A DNA stretch of 64,000 nt from the human T2T-CHM13v2.0 reference genome, Homo sapiens. Both the position numbers and the translations under genes were made by a program. The notes beneath the pieces were generated by a model. The model was not told the DNA's origin. It was given only the letters and a program-made list of their open reading frames with translations, and made no database searches. The stretch lies in the NCBI RefSeq assembly GCF_009914755.1, contig NC_060929.1; one strand, written 5' to 3'. This document shows positions 42,814 through 55,267 of the stretch, in pieces; the stretch's first letter is position 1, and every line of letters begins with the position of its first letter.

Positions 42814-44284
42814 CTCATCTGAAACAAAATTATATGCATTTTGCTTCACAAATCACTGTGTTAAGATGATTCTGAAATAGAACGCTTGAAAAGGCCACAG
42901 AGTCAAAGGGCATTCTATTAGCGCGTTTAGATTATATGAACCAATTTACTGTTTGAATGGGTAAAAAAGACATTCAAGAGATGGCTTTAAAAAATATAAG
43001 AACGGTTGTCAAAGAAAAAAGATGTCTTACAGTTTAGAAAAATCAGTAAGTAAAGACTGTCAAGCTTCAGTTCAAGTCAAGAGCTTCTGCCAATACATCA
43101 GTACATCTGTCACAGGGTGATGTGATATTTAGTGTTCCATGTGGCATTTTACAATTTTTACATGGCCAAAGCAGCAAAACTTTTATTATTACTTATATAG
43201 AAGAGCTTTATAGAATGCATGAGAAGGGGCAGTGTATTAAAGGAGTGCAATTCAGCATGGCTTGGGATAGGAAGGTGCTTCAACACACCCATGGGCCTGG
43301 TCAGTGCAGAGCCGGCTTACAAGAGAAGCAGTTTCTCCAAAGGGATTTGCAAGCCAAGGTGTAAATTCAATAACCAGCAATAACGAAGCAGCACCCGGAA
43401 GCCAGAGATGAAACCTTAAAGAAACATCATACGAGACACTAGAAGAGCCTTCCAGACTTTTAAAATAAAGAAGAGAAAACAAAGCCTGTGAATGTTTAGG
43501 AAGGGAATAAGATCTGGGAGAGCAGCATGAGCAGATGAAGAAAAAGTACCTGTCACCCAACATAACTCTTCAGCAAAAATCACATATTTTTACACACAGC
43601 CTAGCACACATATTATTATAATTTTTTTCCCCAAATTGAAATATCCTTCAGCTTCATGAGTGAGCATAAGAACACACAGCAGGTTTTGCCAACTCTACTG
43701 GAAAGGATAAAATCCAATCTCATTTTGTCAATAAGTATTTATGCAAGGTTATGTAAAAGGCAATGTGAGGGCACAAACTGTATAAGAGAGTCCCTGTCCT
43801 AAGGCAGTTTAAAATAAAGAGATAGGATAGGCAAACCCATAACCACAGTACAGGGCAGTGTGTGACAAATGCCCCCCAAACACTGTATGCCCAGGCCTGC
43901 AGGAACGGTGAGGCTAAGGAGGAAGGCTTGAAGGGAGGCAGGCCTGGGAGGAGGGGAGCCATCTCCCCAAACAAGGATGGGGGTGAGCCTTGCCTGGCAG
44001 ACTTCTTTCTGGAACCAATGCACCTAGGCAGGAAATGTGACCTGTGTGCAGAGAAGCAAAGCTGCCCTTCTGACCACAACTAGGGGTTAGAGTGGGTGGG
44101 GGGCCAGGAAAGAAGCTGCCCACCAGTTCCAGAAGGCAGAGGAGAGATGCTGACGTAAGCATGAGTTTTGTTAGGCAAAAGAGAGAAGACAAAGAATAGG
44201 GTCAAGCGAGGCTCTGGGAATGTTACTCAAACGGAGAGAAAGAGAATCTGGGGCTCTTATACCAGTTGAAGAATAAGGTCATAA

Positions 44285-44713
<429 letters not shown>

Positions 44714-45818
44714 TGACTTAGTGGTGGTCTCAGTGTGGGTAACCCACATCATCTTATATAATTCATCCTCACCACACTGGGAAAGGTGGGACAGGAACTA
44801 TTATCACTAATTTACAAATGAGAAAAGTGGGAATTAGGGAGGTTAAGTGATTTACCAAGGTTTCCCTACTATGAGTGTGAGAGCCAGAATTTCAAGGCTG
44901 CCTCTAGCTAAACTGGTTTATTGTTAATAGGGCTCTCCGGGTCGAGCCAGGGAAACCCTAAGGAGTAGAAACAGTGTTTTTAGTTCCCCAGTGGCCAGCT
45001 AAAGGTCAGCAGGAGGAGGCAGTCAAGAAATGTTAAAAGATTCAATGTCAAATGATACTCAAGGAGGACCTGGGCACACACATTCCTAGACAGGAGGTGA
45101 GACAGCTGCCAGCAAACACTCTCACTCTAAACCCTCTCACCACTGGATTCATCTCTGATGTTGCTGAGTGCCTCTGGGAACAAAACCCAGTGCTGGGCCA
45201 GGGGTGGGGTGGGGCTACAAAGCTCCTACCCTCAAGGAGCTTCAGTCCAACAGAAAACACATATATGAATGCTATAATATAATGAGAAGTCAGATTTTAT
45301 AAGACAAGTACAGATAAGGTGTCATGGTAAGGGGTGGTGATTATCTGTGGAGATAAGTGTGGGCTTCCTGGGAAAGGTGATATTGGATTCCATGCTAGAC
45401 TTTGGGGTGAGCACCTCAGTCACTTGTTTTTTCCCTCAAGGCTGCCCTTGAAAGTCATTTGAAAATTACTCGGCATTGGAGATGGGAGGAGGTAGAGGAA
45501 GAGGGAGGAGGCACTTACACAGCCTGACCCAAACCCCTGTGGAATTAATCCTGATTCCATTTCCAAAGTAACTAGGGAACACACCCAGTACATGAGCTGC
45601 GATGTGGAAGAAACTGTTCTCAAATGCAGCTCCACCACTCAATGGCCATGGAAACTTCAGCAAGTTAATTAAACTCTGAACTCCCTTTCTTCATCTGTAA
45701 AATAAATGATGATTCCTTTCAGGTCTGCTCTGTCACAGTAGGATTAAGAAGATAAACACAAATAACACTAACAAGTGACTTCTGAAATCAGGGACTATGG
45801 ACTATGTGCTTTACCTGC

Positions 45819-46200
45819 TGCTATGGTTTGGATATTTGATCCTAATGTTGGAGGTGGGGCCTAATTCGAGGTGTTTGAGTCATGGGTGTAGATCCCTCAT
45901 GAATGGCTTGGTGCCATCTCAGTAGTGAATGGGTTCTCACTTTGTTAGTTCCCATGAGAACTGGTTTTAAAAGGAAGCTGGCACCACCCCCTTCAGCTTC
46001 CTCTCTCTCCACGTGATCTGCACCTGCCTGCTCCCTATCACCTTCCGCCGCCGTGACTGGAAGCAGCCTGAGGCTGTCACCAGATGCCCAGTCTTGAATC
46101 TTACAGCTCATAGCAGAGCCGTGAGCTAAATAAACCTTTTTTCTTCATAAATTGCCCAGCCTCAAGTATTCTTTTATAGCAACATAAATGGACTAAGACA
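45819..46200 (+). mobile_element. MST-family MaLR solo LTR in PPIC intron 1
   Basis: Termini tgctatggtttgga ... atggactaagaca. Near-TSD cctgc/tctgc. Confidence 0.85.
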
Positions 46201-47169
46201 TCTGCTTTACCACATCTAATGTGCAAAGCCCTCCCAGGTAGGGATGATTTCTATCTCCATTTGACAAAGGAGGAAACTGAGCTGTGGACATTAGATAACT
46301 TGTCTAAGGCCATCTAGCCACAGCCTCCTGGCCACTACATGCTAATGTGCTTGCAAGCTGTAATATGTGTGCAGCTGGAAGGATGGTGGCATTATTTCAT
46401 ACACTCCCGATGCCGGATCCTGCACAGATCCCATGGCATTGGTTCAGAAATATAGGTCAGCAAATGTAATTCTGTGGATTTGGAGCCCAATGAGCCAGAG
46501 CCCCCACCTGAGCCTCTATGGCTGGGGCAGGAAGCTGCCAGGCTGGCCCAGCAGCAGGATCTGTGGACGAAGTTAGTGCCACTAATGGGCCATGTGGGCA
46601 GAATAGCACCTCACACCTCTCTTATTTACAGATTCCTATTTTTAAATGAAATCAGAGGTAAACAAAAACACTGCTGGGGAAAACAATACACTAGAGCAAT
46701 GGCCAATTAATGTACTTGTCTGCACTCAGAGAAATTATTTTTAACGTCATTTTCCAATAGATTTAGTTGTCTTTACAAGTTCATGAAAAAGTAATTTAAC
46801 AGAGCAGAATCTGTTTAAGACGCACCTACACAATCAGCTTTTAGAAAAACTTAATGACAAATTTGGTAGGGGGAAAAAAGACATGTTAAGTAACAATTCT
46901 GAGAGTAGGGTGCATGCAAACTCTCCCTCAGTGACAGTGTCACAGACAAGGGTTTAGGATGCTCAAACCCTTCCCCTCCTGCAGCCACCAGCTTCCTCCT
47001 CTCTTGGCTCCATCTTCCAGTGGTTCCCCGCCCACACTGCCTGCACATCAGAATCACCAAAAGCTTCTAAAAGATAGGATACTGAGCCCCACCCATACAG
47101 ATTGTGATTGACTTGCTCTGGGGTGGGTCACTGCATCAGTAAGTTTAAGAAGTTTCCCAGGTGAAACCT

Positions 47170-47273
47170 GTTCCCAAATATTGCAGGGGACGTACTTACA
47201 CTAAAAACATTTATTCATTGTTAATCTGATATTCACATCTAACTGGGCATCCTGTATTTTATTTGGCAATCCT
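47170..47273. mobile_element. MER53 half element, preceded by a MER5-like relic at about 47020-47165
   Basis: taactgggcatcctgtattttatttggcaatcct matches the MER53 terminus. Confidence 0.72.
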
Positions 47274-48299
47274 ATTCCCTCTCCCTCGCCCCCTTTCTAA
47301 ACCGTCAGCAACTCCTGTTAGTTATATCTCCAAAATCTATTTCAAGTCCTTCCCTTGCTCCCCATTTCAATGATTACCACCCTAATCCAAGCCACCATCT
47401 GGACTCTGGCATGGTGCCCTGAATGACCTCCCATTTCACTCTCCACTGAGTGACCACATAAATTTCTCGAGTATATATTGAGATCATGCCATTCTTATGC
47501 TTAAAACCCTTCAGTGGCTCTGACTGCAGAATAACACTTCAAATTTTAAGAATTGCCTCAATACCCGCATGCCTACCTGCAGCCTCTAAGGCCCTGTGTG
47601 ATTCCGCTGCTGCTCACCCCTCCAACCTCATCTCAAGTCACCTCTCATTCTGTGCTGAAGCCATTCCGTCCTCTCCACATCCTCTGAATGCAGGGAGGGC
47701 TTTCCTGTTTGAGGACCTATGCATATGCAGTTCCCTTTGCCTCCTTAGTCTTCTCTGCGCTGGTTTTTCTCATTTTTCAGCTATTTTTAAATGTCACCCA
47801 AAGTATATTACAGTTTATTTCCTCCAACATTTCATAATTGTGCGAATTTTATGTTTATGGCTTTATCCCAAGAGACCCCGTTCAGCTCTGTGGCCTTGCA
47901 CAAACCATTTCCCAAAGTTAGACATGCCTACAAGATCAAGAGGCTGGGAGTAAGATCAGAGCTTCTCGAAACCATCAGGCTGTTTATCAGCCCCGCCCAC
48001 AACGTGGCACGGCCTTTCTGCGACATCAGATGCTGAGCTGGACCTCCTCCTCCCCACCCCCTAGTCCTCCCCGTCCTCAGGTGGCGTCTGCGGTCGAGGA
48101 TGTAAGCATTCTACTCGTTGATTAGTATCGTTTCCATTGACAAACCCCAGACTGATGAAGACCACTTTCAGCTGCAGCCCGCCCCCTCCAGCTTCAGCTT
48201 CGAAGACACTATTGCCAGTGGGTTTTCTAGAAGTGGTGATCATGGGCACCAAATTATCCCCTCCCTCTCCCTGCATTCTCCCATTATCGTCTACCCTTG

Positions 48300-49760
48300 G
48301 TTAAATACGCTGAAAAAAGAACTGAAGCGGAGTTAAGTACGAGGAAGCCTTAAAGACGCACTTTCTGGCAGCCCCCCGCCCCCTTTCCCCGCAGTGGAGG
48401 CTGCCCCAGGTCTACAGGTGCCGCCTTCGCCCGGCCTCGCGTAGCCCACAGCAGGGGCCGCCCGCCCGCCGAAGTTGAAGGCGCACCTCCCCTTCCCGGG
48501 AAGGACGACGGTTCCCCAAAAGAGGCGGAGGGTAGTCTCTCATCTGAACCAGGCGCTTTAATGCCTGCCTGAAGCCACCGCGGCCAGCGTGGAGACCACG
48601 CAGCGGGCGGGCGGCTGCAAGCCCTGGGCTCCGAGCGCCTCTCCTGTGCGGGTCCCGCCCCCCTCCCCGCATTCCTCTCGTTCTGCTCCCGAGCCCAGGC
48701 CACGCTGAAGGAAGTACTTGGGCAGTCTCTTTCCTGGAGAACGGGCCCGCCGGTTCCGGAAGCCTCTCCTACCCCCAGGCTGGTCACCTCGGACTACCGA
48801 CCCGGGACAAGAAGTCCAAGCAGACTGCGGCGGAGGTAGGCTGGCCTCAGCCCAGCTCCCCCAGGGTCTCCCCCGGAGCGCCGGCCTCCCAGCACGCGAG
48901 CAGCCCCCTCCCACCCAGTCCCGCGGCCGCCTCCAGTCCCCCTGCGCCCGGGAAGCCTCCACCTCGCCCGCCCTGACACCGAGGTCCCAGTATCCAAAGC
49001 GCCCCCAGGGCCCCGCCCGCAACAGGGGAAGTTGCAGCCCGCCGCTCTCGGTCACCTTGGCCGTCACCGAGGGGCCTCGCTTGCGGAAGCCCTCGGCCCC
49101 CGAAGAAAACACAAGTGCGCCGAGCCCCACGCAAAGCACGAGAGGTAGCAGCAGCCGAGGACCCGGGCCCATGGTGAGCGGTGGCAGCGGCGCTACCGGC
49201 ACGGGCGCTACCGGCACGGGCGCGACACAGGCTCTGGGACAGCTGACGGGACTCCCGGCCGGCTGCGCCTGCGCGCTCCCGGTTGCGGGGGATGGGGATC
49301 GGGCAGTCCGGGAAGGGCGGGGACCCGGGGCGCGTTCCTCCCAAGTTCAGACTCGCGACCCGAACTTGGGATTCGGAGGAGCGCGCCCACAGGGCGCAGC
49401 CAGGGCTCGACCGCCGCGCCTTAGGCGGGTGCGGAGGGCGCCAGGGACGGGAGGGAGCCCGGGTTGCCCAGGCGCGGAGCCGGGCGCAGCGGGCTAGGCT
49501 GGGAGCACCTCCAGGAATTTACCGCGTAGGCGCGGATTAAACTTGGACGGGAAGACCAGGACTCTCGGGCTTCCGCGTCCGCCCGGCAGCTAGCGCTCCG
49601 CGGGACTGGGAACTCTGCAGCCGGTCCCGGTGTGATTGCTGCCGCCTTGGGAGCAGCCTCCGCCGCGGCCGCCGAGTTCCAATGGCCCATTGGAACCTTT
49701 TGCTAGGTTTTGGACGCTTAGCAGAACTTTGACATCGCTGGAGGCGTGGAGCCCTGTTGC
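48300..49760. promoter_or_regulatory. CpG island / PPIC promoter (TATA-less)
   Basis: Abrupt rise in GC and CpG density spanning exon 1. NRF1-like TGCGCCTGCGC at 49264-49274, GC box GGGCGGGG at 49315-49322, inverted CCAAT pair at 49676-49696. Confidence 0.92.
49056..49172 (-). CDS. PPIC: PPIC exon 1 CDS (signal peptide of cyclophilin C)
   Basis: Kozak-like ctcaccATGG. Encodes [39 protein letters not shown] with a hydrophobic signal sequence. Donor AAG|gtgacc. 117 nt. Confidence 0.97.
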
Positions 49761-50939
49761 ACTCGAATAATGGCCTCTCTTTGAGATGATTCACGTCTAG
49801 GGAACACTGGAAAATGCTGGATTCACAGTGCCCCTTTGCCTTCGAAAAACTTTTACATTGGCTTTAAGTACTTTATTTGGAGGATGATTCTGTGATCTTA
49901 TCTACACTGTTCACAAGGCAGCACTTACACAGGCCCAGAACCATGGTCATGTAGGATTCTTTCCTGGGGAAACAAAGTAAATAAACTGACTTTTAGGTGT
50001 ATCTGTAGGATGGATTTTTTACAAACTTAAGAATTATGTTTAGGAAGATTAATGACTGGGGAAGTAAGTTCTTATTATATTTTTAAATGGAAAATTCGGG
50101 TTGCAAAACCACAAATTCTGATCTCAACCGTGAAAATAAATATATCAAGGCACTTAAATATTGAAAGAGATGTACCACAACGTTTACAGTAGCTATAGAT
50201 AGAATTGATAGCTATTGATAGACTTATGGATTTTTGAGGGTTTAAAAAAAATTTTTTTACAGTTTTCTGATTTCCCAGATGTTCTACAATGAGCATATAA
50301 GTATTTTATAACATGGAAAGGGTTATTTTAAAACTCATTGCTTTTTGAATTAGAATTTCAAAAGAACTTTTTTGTTTTAGAGTAACAGCCCTAAAATTAA
50401 CTAAAAATTAGTGGTATTCGCACATAGGTGCCATTTTAAGGGGCTGGTGCCATTACTTTCAAGCCAAGATTTTCCTCGGATTAAGAGATGGAATTTCTAA
50501 ATGTCAGATGGGATTCCTAGGTGTACCTAAGTGTAGATCTAAAATGACATTGGAACCATTAGAGATAAAAGGAGTAACCACTACTTCTTTGGGGTGAGAA
50601 AAAGGAGAAATGCAATTCTGAGCTATTTTTATGATTCAGTCCAGTGAAAGACCTAATGGCTTTCCTCTTCATCCCCACCCCCAATAAGGAAAGAGTCCCC
50701 CTTGTGTAGCAAGACAAGGGTATCTCTCAGAGCACTTACCCTACGAGGTGACTGTGAGGTGATTGTATATATTTATCTGTGTTCATTAATTGTTTTTGTC
50801 TGTCTGCTATCAGAAGTAAGCAGGGCCAGGGCAGGGATCAGGCCTATATTTATTCCCCTTTGATGACCCAGATCTAGTGCAATGCCTGATATATAGTGAT
50901 TTCTCAATAACTATTTGTTGAATGAATGAATGTGTCCAA

Positions 50940-53900
50940 CTACTTTTTATGCTACCACCATCTCACCCTCTAGGCAAAGAAATGAAATCTTTCCCAGCTC
51001 CCTAGAAACTCCTCTTATACCCTCTGCCAGTTACAAACACTTTTTTCTGCCCAAATTAACTGCAATCCTGACTTTTCTTGTACTATAGTTTAATTTTGTT
51101 TTAATTTTATTTGAATAGGGTATTACCGTATGTATTTCTTTTTGCTTAAATTTTTGTGAAATTCATCTATATTTTTGCATATAACTATTTTGGTGGCTAA
51201 TACAAAGTAGGAAGCAAATTCATTTTTTTCATAAGAATATTCATTTATTTCAGTACAGTTTATTGAAAATTCTCCCCTTTAACTCACCGCTCCATACTGT
51301 TCTTCTGTCATAGAGCAAGTGCCCATGTATGCATAGGTGTGTTTGTGGGCACCCTATCTGTCCCATTGGCCTATTTGTCTGTCTTTGTGCCAATACTACA
51401 TTGTCTTCATTAAAATAGCTTTATAATAACTCTTCATATTCAGTAATACATACCCTCTTAGCTTTGTTCAACAAATTCTTGGCTGTTCTTGAGCTTTTCC
51501 ATGTCCATATAACTTGAGAATCAGCCTGTCAGTTTCCACACACTGAGATTTTGATGGGGATTGCACTGCATCTGTAGACCATTTAAGACTTGGCAAATTT
51601 ACAATATTGAGTCTTCTAATTCATGAACATAGCATATTTAAGTCTTCTTTGGTTTCTCTCAATAAGATTTTATAGCTTTCTGCCCAGAGGTCTTCCACGT
51701 ATTTTATTAGTTTGATTTCTAAGTGTTTTTTTATGCTATTGTCATGTATTGTAGTAAAATTAATTTATATATTAACTTTGTATATACCAACCTTGTTAAA
51801 CATATTCTAATAATTTATCTGTGAATTGTTTAGGATTTTCTCCATAGACAATTATGTCATCCATGAATAATGACAGTTTTATTTCTTCTTTTCTAATCTT
51901 TACATTTTGTATTTCTTTTTTGGCCTTTTTACACTGGCTGGGATCTGCAGTACAAAAGGAAGTGGCAACAGTGGGAGTCCTTGTATTGTAGACTGAATTA
52001 TCCTCCAAAAAGATATATTGAAGTCCTAAACCTTGGTATCTGTGAATGTGACCTTATTTGGACTGCCTTTGCAGACGTAATCAAGTTAAGATGAAATCAT
52101 ACTGGAGTAGGGTTTGCCCTACTCTAATATGACTTGTGTCCTCATAAAAAGGGAACAGACACAGACACACGCACAGAGAACACCATATGAGGATGGAGGC
52201 AGAGATTGGAGTGCTGTATCTACAAGACAAGGGATGCCAAAGATTGCTGGCAACCCCCAGAAGCTAGGAAGAGGCAAGGAAGGATTTGCCCCTAGAGCCT
52301 TCAAAGACAGCATGGCCTTGCCAACACCTTGATCTCAGCTGCTAGTTTCCAGAACTGTGAGACAATGCATTTCTCTTGTTTGAAGTCACCCAGTTTGTGG
52401 CACTTTGTTACAGCAGCCCTAGGGGGCTCATACACCTTGTCTTGGTCCCAGTGTCAGAGGGAAAGCTTCAGTGTTTCACCATTAGGCATGATATTTGCTG
52501 AAGGTCCTTTTGGGGGATATCTTTTTTCAGATTCAGAAAATTCCTTTCTAGTCCTTGTTTGCTAAGAGTTTTTAGCATATATTTGATTTAAATTTTATTA
52601 ACATCATCTATTGAAATCAATTGAAATAATTATGTGATTCTCTTACTCTGTTAATGTGATGAATTGCATTGATTTTCAAATCTTAACCCAAGCTTACATT
52701 CTGGAATGTGTCCAACATGGATTATCCTTTTTATATATTACTAGATGTGGTTTGGCAATATCAGTTTATTAACAAAGTTGCCAAAAACTGAATATAGACT
52801 ATCTTCTGAAGTTCAGGAAGAAAAGAGTGGGTAAAATGTGGCTCTGGCTGTCCAGCTGAGACTGAGTTCGTCACCCACATGTCATTTCAGTGTTAGTGGG
52901 TAAATCTGCTAATCTTATTTTCAGGATATTTGCATCTAAATTCTTGAATGAGACTAGCCTGAAATTTTCCTTTATTGGAGTTTCCTCTCAGCTTTTGTAT
53001 TAGAGTTGTTCTGGCCTCTTAATATGAGTTGGCAAATGGTAGCTGTTTTTCCCCTACTCTTAAAGGGTTTGTGTAAGATTACCATTTCTTCCTTGAATGT
53101 TTCTTAGAAGCCATCTGAGCCTGGAGTTTTCTTTATTGTAACATTCTAAATTATATATTTAACTTTTAAAATAGTTGGAGATTATTCAAATTCTCTATTC
53201 TGTTCCTTTACTTGAAGTATTTTTCAAGGAATATATCCATTTTATTTATATTTTAAAATATTGTTTTATAAAGTTGTTTAAAACATTTTTTAATGATTTT
53301 GTAGGTCTGCGGGACCTGTAGTAATGTCTTCTTTTTCATTCCTGACATTGGTTGTTTCTTTTCTTGTTTTCCTTGAACAGTTTCACCAAGGAAGCTGATG
53401 AATCCAATATATTTTATCTTATTAATTTATGTTCTAACTTTATTATTTCCTTCTCTCTGCTTTCTTTGAGTTTAATTTACTGTTATTTTTCTATCTTCTT
53501 GGATAGACTCTTAACTCATCAATTTTTAAAGCCCTTCCTTTTTTTATATAGTACTCTGTATACAGTTAAAATGATAAAGTTCCCCTTGCACTTCTTGAAC
53601 GTTTTGATATGTCATATTTTCATTATTCTTTGAAAATAATTTCTAACTTATATTTTTATTTCTTTTTTGACCCATGTGTTATATAAAGGTATAGTACTTT
53701 ATTTCCAAACATGATTTTTAAAAAATCCTTTTGTTAGTGATTTCTAACTTAGTTGTATTGTGGTCAGAGAACATATTCTGTATTATTTCATTCTTTTAAA
53801 ATATGTAGAGACTTGCATTATCACATAGGATCTGAACAATTTATTTGATTCTGCCCTCGTTAGATATAGTATTCTACATATGTGTTCATTAGATCAATTC

Positions 53901-54900
53901 ATATCTCTATCCTTACTTTTATCTGCTTGTTATAAGAGTTACTGAGAGAAGTGTGTTAAAAATCAATTTCATCATTGACTCTAGTTTGTTTATTTCTCCT
54001 TGTAGGTCTGTAAATTTTTTCTTTATATGTTTCTTTATATATTTTTGAGACCCTATTGAATGCAAACACATCTAAAATTATCTTTTGATTAATTAAATTA
54101 TCTTATCATTATGTAGTATCATTCTTTATTTCTAATAATGTGTTTTGCCTTAAAGTCTGATATTAATTCTCCGTCTACTGGATTGGTCCATTATATGTTC
54201 TTTTATTATTCTTTCAGTAGTTATACTAGAGATTACAGTATATATTCTTGATTCCTTAAAGCCTACCATTACTTGTCACCTTTACTCTCTGGGTAATGCA
54301 AAAAGCTCAGGACACTTACCTCCTTTTCCCTTCTTAAGAATTGTATGCCTTTGTTGTCATGTATTTTATTTTACCCCATGACACAATTATTATTGTTTAA
54401 TAAAGTTATATACACTTAGATATATCCACATATTTACATTTTCATTGCTCTTCATTACTTCTTGCATTTCAGACTTTATGTGGCCATTTTCTTTCTGCCT
54501 GAAGAAGTACATTTGGTATTTCCTTAACTGCTAGTCTGCTGGCAACAAATTATTTTATTTTTATTTGCCTGAAAATGTCTTTACTTGACTTTATTCCTGA
54601 AGGATATTTTTGCCCAGTATAAAACTATTTTATTTCTGTAGTATCAATATGTTACTTCCTTTGACTTCTAGCTTCCATTATTTCTGTTGGAAAATCCACT
54701 ATTAGTCTAATTGTTGCTCCTTTGAAAGTGATTTGTTTTTTAAAATCTGAATGATTTTAACATTTATCTCTCTATATTTTGATTTTAAAGCAGTTTTATT
54801 AGAATTTGCTTAAATGTAGATTTCTTTTTACTTATCCTACTTGGGACTCAGGATTTCTGACTCTTTACCAAGTTTAGAAAATTCCCAGTCATTAACTCTT
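50940..54900 (-). mobile_element. Old, decayed L1M fragment
   Basis: T-rich antisense L1. The ORF at 51796-52008 gives KEEIKLSLFMDDIIVYGENP, a decayed L1 ORF2 reverse-transcriptase FADD motif. Boundaries approximate. Confidence 0.82.
51984..52434 (+). mobile_element. MLT1 (B/C-like) MaLR solo LTR nested in old L1
   Basis: MLT1 motifs (tgtgaatgtgaccttatttgga; ccagaactgtgaga; tttgttacagcagccctag). Perfect TSD CCTTG. Confidence 0.88.
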
Positions 54901-54947
54901 GAAAAGTCAATTATAATCAATCTCACTACCCTCGTACAATTACTTTC

Positions 54948-55267
54948 TTTTCTTTTTTTTTTTTTTTTTTTTTTTTGGAGACGGAGTCTCACTCTGTCAC
55001 CCCATGCCTGGAGGCCTGGAGTGCAGTGGCAGATCTCAGCTCACTTCAATCTCTGCCTCCCAGGTTCAAGTGATTCTCCTGACTCAGCCTCCCAAGTAGC
55101 TGCGATTACAGGTGCCTCCCACCACACTGGGCTAATTTTTGTATTTTTAGTAGAGACGGGGTTTCGCCATGTTGGCCAGGCTGATCTTGAATGTCTGACC
55201 TCAGGTGATTCACCCGCTTCAGCCTCCCAAAGTGTGGGATTACAGGCGTGAGCCACTGCGCCTGGCC
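54948..55267 (-). mobile_element. AluS
   Basis: Full Alu with TSD caattactttc. Confidence 0.92.

Noticed and set aside
49676-49710. ER-stress element (ERSE / ERSE-II) in the PPIC promoter
   Set aside because: CCAAT is present, but there is no CCACG at the required spacing on either strand.
48350-49794. Long overlapping ORFs (259, 219, 165 and 145 aa) around PPIC exon 1
   Set aside because: Expected from stop-codon depletion in a GC-rich CpG island. They are Pro/Gly/Arg/Ala low-complexity with non-ATG starts, and only the 39-codon PPIC exon 1 is supported.
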